Part shown: piece after piece, positions 58,846-64,000 of the stretch
How the letters are laid out: each line of letters opens with the position of its first letter
How positions within the stretch are numbered: the first letter of the stretch is position 1
Origin: Candidatus Kaiserbacteria bacterium
Lineage (GTDB): Bacteria > Patescibacteriota > Minisyncoccia > Phycocordibacterales > UBA2100
DNA length: 64,000 nt
Assembly (NCBI GenBank): GCA_016214605.1
Contig: JACROD010000017.1
Span: 1,183-65,182, forward strand
Direction: 5' to 3'
The notes under the pieces: generated by a model
What the model saw: only the letters and a program-made list of their open reading frames with translations
What the model was told of the DNA's origin: nothing
Databases searched by the model: none
Made by a program: the position numbers and the translations under genes

Positions 58846-61587
58846 ATGGATTCAGATGGGCGGGAACACAAAAAAGAACAGGCGTGGTATACACATTCCA
58901 TCGAGAGTATTTTTGAAGAATTAAAGTCAGGCGAACATGGTCTCTCTGCTATAGAGGCTGCGCGTCGCCTCGCACAGGCCGGTCCCAATACATTGCCGGA
59001 TGCCAAGGTTGACGGACATTTCATCGTATTTCTGCGGCAATTCCAGAGTCCGCTCATCTATGTGCTGCTCGCGGCGGCGCTCGGGGTCTTTCTCACTTCT
59101 GATCCCGCTGATACCGGTATCATCCTCTTTGTCCTTATTTTCAATGCGATCATCGGTACCGTCCAGGAAGGCCGCGCCCAAAACACGCTCCTCGCGCTCA
59201 AAAAATTCACCGAGACGCAGGCGACCGTAGTGCGCGACGGCCGTGAGCTGATCATCCCGGATCGCGAGGTCGTCGTCGGCGACGTGATCATATTGCAAGA
59301 AGGTGCCAAGATCCCGGCTGATGCACGCATCATCATGGTGCACAATCTCAAGATCGACGAAGCGTCGCTCACCGGCGAATCCGTCCCGGTCGGGAAGATG
59401 TCCGAGGTGCTTCATGGTACTGAGAGGAGTGTCGCCGAGCAGAAGAACATGGTTTTCAAGGGCACGCACGTCACGACAGGTGCCGGTCGTGCGATCGTGA
59501 TCGCGACCGGGCTCTCCACCTCGATCGGCCGCGTGGCCGCAGAGATAAGCTTGGTAGATACCGAGATCCCGCTCAAGGCCAACATCAGACATTTAGCTTA
59601 TGGGATCATCAAGGTCGTCGGCGTGATGGTGGTCGTCCTGTTCGTCATCGGGATCATGCTCGGCCACCCACCGCTCACTATGTTTGCGACGGTCGTCTCG
59701 CTCGCAATCTCGGTGATCCCCGAAGGGCTCCCCATCGTACTCACGCTGGTACTTGCGACCGGCGTGTGGCGCATGTCCAAACGCAACGTCCTCGTCAAAA
59801 AACTCCAGGCGATTGAAGCGCTCGGACAAGCGCAGGTGATCGCAGTCGACAAGACCGGCACTATTACGAAAAATGAGCAGGTCATCCAAGAAGTCTGGAC
59901 AGGAGGCGTATCCTACGATATCGGCGGGGTCGGCTACGAGGCCACCGGCGAGGTGAGTATCAAAGAGGAGGCTATCGTCCCGGCCGATCACCCGGATCTG
60001 CTTTTTGCCGGCAAGATCGCAGCGCTCTGCGCGAGTGCGCAGGTCATGTATTCCGAAGAAGAAAAGATTTGGCGTGTCTCGGGTGATCCCACCGAGGCGG
60101 CAATGTTCGTCTTTGGGCAGAAGGTTGGATTCAATAAAGGTGACGTCGAGCAGGAGTCGCCGATGATCTCTGAGATCCCCTTTGATTACAAACTCAAATA
60201 TCATGCGACGATCCATTCGGTCGAGGGCCCGCCTTCGCCTCAGGCTACGGCGAGACAAAGCAAAAATATACTGACCGTCGTCGGGGCGCCCGAACAGGTC
60301 TTGGCGCTCTGCAAACATATCCGTCACGGAGATGGCGCATCGGCGCTTACCGCGGAGAAAAAGGAAGAGCTCGAAAGCGCGCTTACTCATATGTCGTCCA
60401 AGGGTCTGCGCGTGCTCGCGTATGCGACCACTGTGGGCGGGCCCGATGTGATCGCGCCCGAAGAGATTCACAGTCTCACCTTCGGAGGATTTTTTGGCAT
60501 GAAAGACGGCCTTCGTGCAGAGGTCGAGGATGCAATGGCTCGTGCGCATGCGGCGGGCATTCGCGTCGTCATGATCACCGGCGATCATGTGCTCACGGCG
60601 CGCGCCGTCGCCACGGAGGCAGGGATATTCCAGGAGGGCGACGAAGTATGCACCGGCGAACAGATCGACCAGATGACGAGTACGCAATTGGCCGCGAAGC
60701 TCGGTACGGTATCAGTCTTCGCACGCGTGACGCCCGAACACAAACTCCACATCATCCAAGCATACCGGGCGCGCGGCGAGATCATCGCCATGACAGGCGA
60801 CGGGGTCAACGATGCGCCGTCTCTCGTCGCGGCGGATCTCGGAGTCTCCATGGGCAAGATCGGTACCGAGGTCGCCAAAGAAGCGTCCGACATTGTACTC
60901 TTGGATGACAATTTTGGCAGTATTATTTCCGCCGTCGAAGAGGGGAGAAGTATCTACAAGACGATCAAAAAGGTCGTGCTTTATCTCTTTTCTACCAGCT
61001 TGGGCGAAGTACTCACAATCGCGGTCGCACTCGTCATCGGCTATCCTTTGCCGCTACTCGCCGCGCAGATCATCTGGCTCAATTTTGTCACCGATGGATT
61101 CTTGGATGTATCGCTCGCGATGGAGCCCAAGGACAAAGACCTCTTGTCGCGCACCTATGCTCATCCCAAGGGTCATATCGTCGATCGCCTCATGATGCAG
61201 CGGATCGTGGTGATGGCGATCCCGATGATGATCGGTACGCTCTTCCTCTTCTCCTTCTATATCGCCGACGATATGACCAAGGCGTGGACGATCTCGCTCA
61301 CCACACTCGCGATGTTTCAGTGGTTCAATGCATGGAACTGTCGTTCTGAGACCGAATCGCTATTCAGGACGAATCCTTTTTCCAACAAATTCTTGATCAT
61401 GGCGACGGTGACCGTGATATTCCTGCAAGTGCTTGCCGTCTATACGCCATTCTTGCAAAATCTCCTGCACACCATGCCGCTCACGCTCGGTGAATGGCTG
61501 ATGATCGTCCCCGTCGCCGCGACGGTGATCGTGGTAGAAGAGATTCGCAAGTGGTGGTATCGAGGGCGAATAGCGCGAGGTGCATGA
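58846..61587 (+). CDS. Cation-transporting P-type ATPase (P2A-like)
   Basis: TGES, PEGLP, DKTGT, TGDGVND. Confidence 0.95.
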   Translation: MDSDGREHKKEQAWYTHSIESIFEELKSGEHGLSAIEAARRLAQAGPNTLPDAKVDGHFIVFLRQFQSPLIYVLLAAALGVFLTSDPADTGIILFVLIFNAIIGTVQEGRAQNTLLALKKFTETQATVVRDGRELIIPDREVVVGDVIILQEGAKIPADARIIMVHNLKIDEASLTGESVPVGKMSEVLHGTERSVAEQKNMVFKGTHVTTGAGRAIVIATGLSTSIGRVAAEISLVDTEIPLKANIRHLAYGIIKVVGVMVVVLFVIGIMLGHPPLTMFATVVSLAISVIPEGLPIVLTLVLATGVWRMSKRNVLVKKLQAIEALGQAQVIAVDKTGTITKNEQVIQEVWTGGVSYDIGGVGYEATGEVSIKEEAIVPADHPDLLFAGKIAALCASAQVMYSEEEKIWRVSGDPTEAAMFVFGQKVGFNKGDVEQESPMISEIPFDYKLKYHATIHSVEGPPSPQATARQSKNILTVVGAPEQVLALCKHIRHGDGASALTAEKKEELESALTHMSSKGLRVLAYATTVGGPDVIAPEEIHSLTFGGFFGMKDGLRAEVEDAMARAHAAGIRVVMITGDHVLTARAVATEAGIFQEGDEVCTGEQIDQMTSTQLAAKLGTVSVFARVTPEHKLHIIQAYRARGEIIAMTGDGVNDAPSLVAADLGVSMGKIGTEVAKEASDIVLLDDNFGSIISAVEEGRSIYKTIKKVVLYLFSTSLGEVLTIAVALVIGYPLPLLAAQIIWLNFVTDGFLDVSLAMEPKDKDLLSRTYAHPKGHIVDRLMMQRIVVMAIPMMIGTLFLFSFYIADDMTKAWTISLTTLAMFQWFNAWNCRSETESLFRTNPFSNKFLIMATVTVIFLQVLAVYTPFLQNLLHTMPLTLGEWLMIVPVAATVIVVEEIRKWWYRGRIARGA

Positions 61588-61835
61588 TGTATTTTGTCTA
61601 CATCTTAGAATGCGCCGACGATACGCTCTATGTCGGGATTACCACTGATCTGAAGCGGCGCATCGAAGAACACAATCACGACAAGAAAGGTGCCCGCTAC
61701 ACCAGAGGACGCCGCCCGGTCCGAGTGGTGTATTCAGAAGAATGCGACACCAAGAGCATAGCCCTCAAAAGAGAATTGGAAATAAAATCCTGGTCCCGCG
61801 GGGAGAAATTGGGGTTGATCGGAAAATTGCGGTAA
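61584..61835 (+). CDS. GIY-YIG nuclease family protein
   Basis: FVYILEC...LYVGIT...H..KGARYTR. Confidence 0.9.
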   Translation: MMYFVYILECADDTLYVGITTDLKRRIEEHNHDKKGARYTRGRRPVRVVYSEECDTKSIALKRELEIKSWSRGEKLGLIGKLR

Positions 61836-61843
61836 AATAAATC

Positions 61844-63790
61844 ATGCACGAACACGGCCACACACATCATCAACATGATGTCGGGTCATCGGTGAGTCGT
61901 GATGCGGGGGTAGATAAGCATGCCGGGCACCACACGGCGGATTTCTTGAAGAAGTTTTGGGTGGTGCTCACGCTCACGATCCCGATCATTGCATACTCCG
62001 ATCTCCCCATGCTTTTCTTCGGATGGATGGCACCGGCGTTTTCCGGCTCCGCGTATCTCTCGCTTGTGCTCGGCAGCGTCATCTTCTTTTATGGCGGACT
62101 TGTCTTCTTGCGCGGAGCGGTGAGCGAGCTCAGGGCGCGCTTGCCCGGCATGATGACTTTGATCGCGCTCGCCATCACGACTGCGTATCTCTACAGTGTC
62201 GTCACGGTCTTCGTCGGCGGTATGTCGCTCTTTTGGGAGCTCTCGACCTTGATCGCGGTGATGCTCCTCGGACATTGGATCGAAATGCGGGCAGTCATGG
62301 GTGCTTCAGGAGCACTCAATGCGTTGGCCAAGCTACTGCCCGACACCGCCGACGTCGTGCGCGAGGGCGCGACGCAGACGATTTCCGTATCAGCATTGAG
62401 ATCGGGAGATATCGTGATCGTGCGACCCGGCGGCAAGATCCCTGCCGATGGAGAAGTGATCGAAGGCCGTTCGGAGATCGACGAATCCATGCTCACCGGC
62501 GAGTCCAAGCCGGTACCCAAAGATATCGGTGCGGTGGTCGTCGCCGGATCAATCAATGGCGATGGGACGCTCCGCATTCGCGTGTCCCATATCGGGGAGA
62601 GCACGTTTCTCGCCGGTATCATGCGATTGGTCGCCGAGGCCCAAAGCTCCAAATCGCGCTTGCAGATGCTCTCCGATCGCGCCGCTTTTTGGCTCACAAT
62701 GCTTGCTGTGGGGGCGGGAGCGATCACTTTTGTCGCATGGATCTTTGCCCAGGCGGGTGTCGGATTTGCTACTGAGCGTTTGGTCGCCGTCTTGGTGATC
62801 GCGTGTCCTCATGCGCTTGGGCTCGCGATCCCGCTCGTAGCCGCGATCTCGACCACGATGGCCGCGCGCAATGGCCTCCTCATCAAGAAGCGCATCGCAC
62901 TCGAGGCGGCGCGCAAGGTGACCGTCGTCGTGTTCGACAAGACGGGGACCCTGACCCAAGGGCGATTCGCGGTCACCGATTCGAGCTCAGATGATGCGCT
63001 CGCGCTCGCCGCATCCGTCGAGGCGGGTTCAGAGCATTCGATAGGCAAGGCGATCCTGGAAGAAGCTCGTAGGCGCAAGCTCGACATACGTGAGAGTCAG
63101 GATTTTCGACGCATCCCCGGGGTGGGAGCGGAGGCGCTCGTCGACGGTGCGCGGGTTTTCGTCGGTCATCGAGGTAATGAGTCGATCCGTGTCGAAGTTG
63201 CAGGCAAAGAGATCGGTACGATCAAGGTAGCGGATACGATACGACCGGAAGCGCGCGATGCTGTACGATCGCTCAAGGCGATGGGCCTCAAGATCGTGAT
63301 GATCACCGGTGATGCCGAGGACGCCGCGCGGGTGGTAGCGCAAGAGCTCGGGATCGATCAGTATTTTGCGCGTGTCCTGCCGGGCCAAAAGGCCGACAAA
63401 GTACTTTTGTTGCAAAAAGAAGGAGCGACGGTCGCCATGGTGGGCGACGGGGTCAATGATGCGCCGGCGCTCGCGCAAGCGGATCTTGGTATCGCGATCG
63501 GCGCGGGCACCAATGTCGCGATCGAGTCGGCGGGGATCATCCTCGTCCGTAGCGACCCGCGCGATATCGCCAAGGTGATCAGACTCTCCCGTCTCACCTA
63601 TACCAAGATGATCCAAAATCTCTTTTGGGCGAGCGCGTACAATGTAATCGCGCTCCCCATCGCCGCAGGGGCGTTGTTCTCCTGGGGGATCATCCTCCAG
63701 CCGGCAGTAGCTGCTATATTCATGTCCGCCTCGACCGTGATCGTCGCGGTCAATGCGTCTCTATTGGGCCGAAAGAGTCTGAGTGAGTAG
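61844..63790 (+). CDS. Heavy-metal (copper) P1B ATPase, CopB-like
   Basis: His-rich N-terminus, CPHALG, DKTGT, GDGVND, YN, MSAS. Confidence 0.93.
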   Translation: MHEHGHTHHQHDVGSSVSRDAGVDKHAGHHTADFLKKFWVVLTLTIPIIAYSDLPMLFFGWMAPAFSGSAYLSLVLGSVIFFYGGLVFLRGAVSELRARLPGMMTLIALAITTAYLYSVVTVFVGGMSLFWELSTLIAVMLLGHWIEMRAVMGASGALNALAKLLPDTADVVREGATQTISVSALRSGDIVIVRPGGKIPADGEVIEGRSEIDESMLTGESKPVPKDIGAVVVAGSINGDGTLRIRVSHIGESTFLAGIMRLVAEAQSSKSRLQMLSDRAAFWLTMLAVGAGAITFVAWIFAQAGVGFATERLVAVLVIACPHALGLAIPLVAAISTTMAARNGLLIKKRIALEAARKVTVVVFDKTGTLTQGRFAVTDSSSDDALALAASVEAGSEHSIGKAILEEARRRKLDIRESQDFRRIPGVGAEALVDGARVFVGHRGNESIRVEVAGKEIGTIKVADTIRPEARDAVRSLKAMGLKIVMITGDAEDAARVVAQELGIDQYFARVLPGQKADKVLLLQKEGATVAMVGDGVNDAPALAQADLGIAIGAGTNVAIESAGIILVRSDPRDIAKVIRLSRLTYTKMIQNLFWASAYNVIALPIAAGALFSWGIILQPAVAAIFMSASTVIVAVNASLLGRKSLSE

Positions 63791-63815
63791 CGGTCGCGTG
63801 TGTTACAATCCCTCG

Positions 63816-64000
63816 ATGAAAATCTTATTTCTCGACACGGAGACCACCGGCAATGAGCCAGGGAAAGACCGACTTTGTCAGGTATGCTGGGCTGTAGATG
63901 GTGTCTATCACACTGAATACTTCAAACCGCCGGTCCCGATATCGGTCAAATCGATGAGTATCACGCACATCACGAATAAAATGGTCGACGACAAGCCGCC
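63816..64000 (+). CDS. DEDDh 3'-5' exonuclease (3'-truncated)
   Basis: MKILFLDTETTG...ITHIT. Confidence 0.8.
   Translation, partial: MKILFLDTETTGNEPGKDRLCQVCWAVDGVYHTEYFKPPVPISVKSMSITHITNKMVDDKP

Noticed and set aside
59593-60687. Long antisense ORFs (for example 364 aa opposite the ATPase, and others opposite groEL and rnj)
   Set aside because: Shadow frames of well-supported genes in GC-rich codon usage.

Overview
64 kb of a bacterial chromosome. Its gene content and organisation (type IV pilin cluster, ligA, gatCA, khpA-trmD, rnj, secG, groES/EL, many ORFans, core genes without Shine-Dalgarno) suggest a Patescibacteria/CPR (Parcubacteria-like) genome; this is an inference. Accessory blocks are a glycan/cellulose-synthase-like locus with GH8, GH6 and GT-C enzymes (6.6-19.4 kb), a dense two-component cluster (19.4-27.9 kb), a free-standing LAGLIDADG gene between tRNA(CAT) and tRNA-Asp, and a complete diversity-generating retroelement (49.6-52.2 kb). 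In the DGR, VR and TR differ at 16 of 108 nt, all at TR adenines. Its avd gene is antisense to RT, and a G10 tract puts avd out of frame with its likely ATG while also sitting in the putative RT promoter spacer, a candidate phase-variation switch. Other notable signals are an unidentified ~220-nt structured RNA just upstream of the DGR, perfect palindromes inserted in frame in gatA and mutY, and a split between SD-less core genes and self-contained ORFan cassettes with strong SD and sigma70 promoters. All alignments and hairpins were read by eye; no database searches were run.
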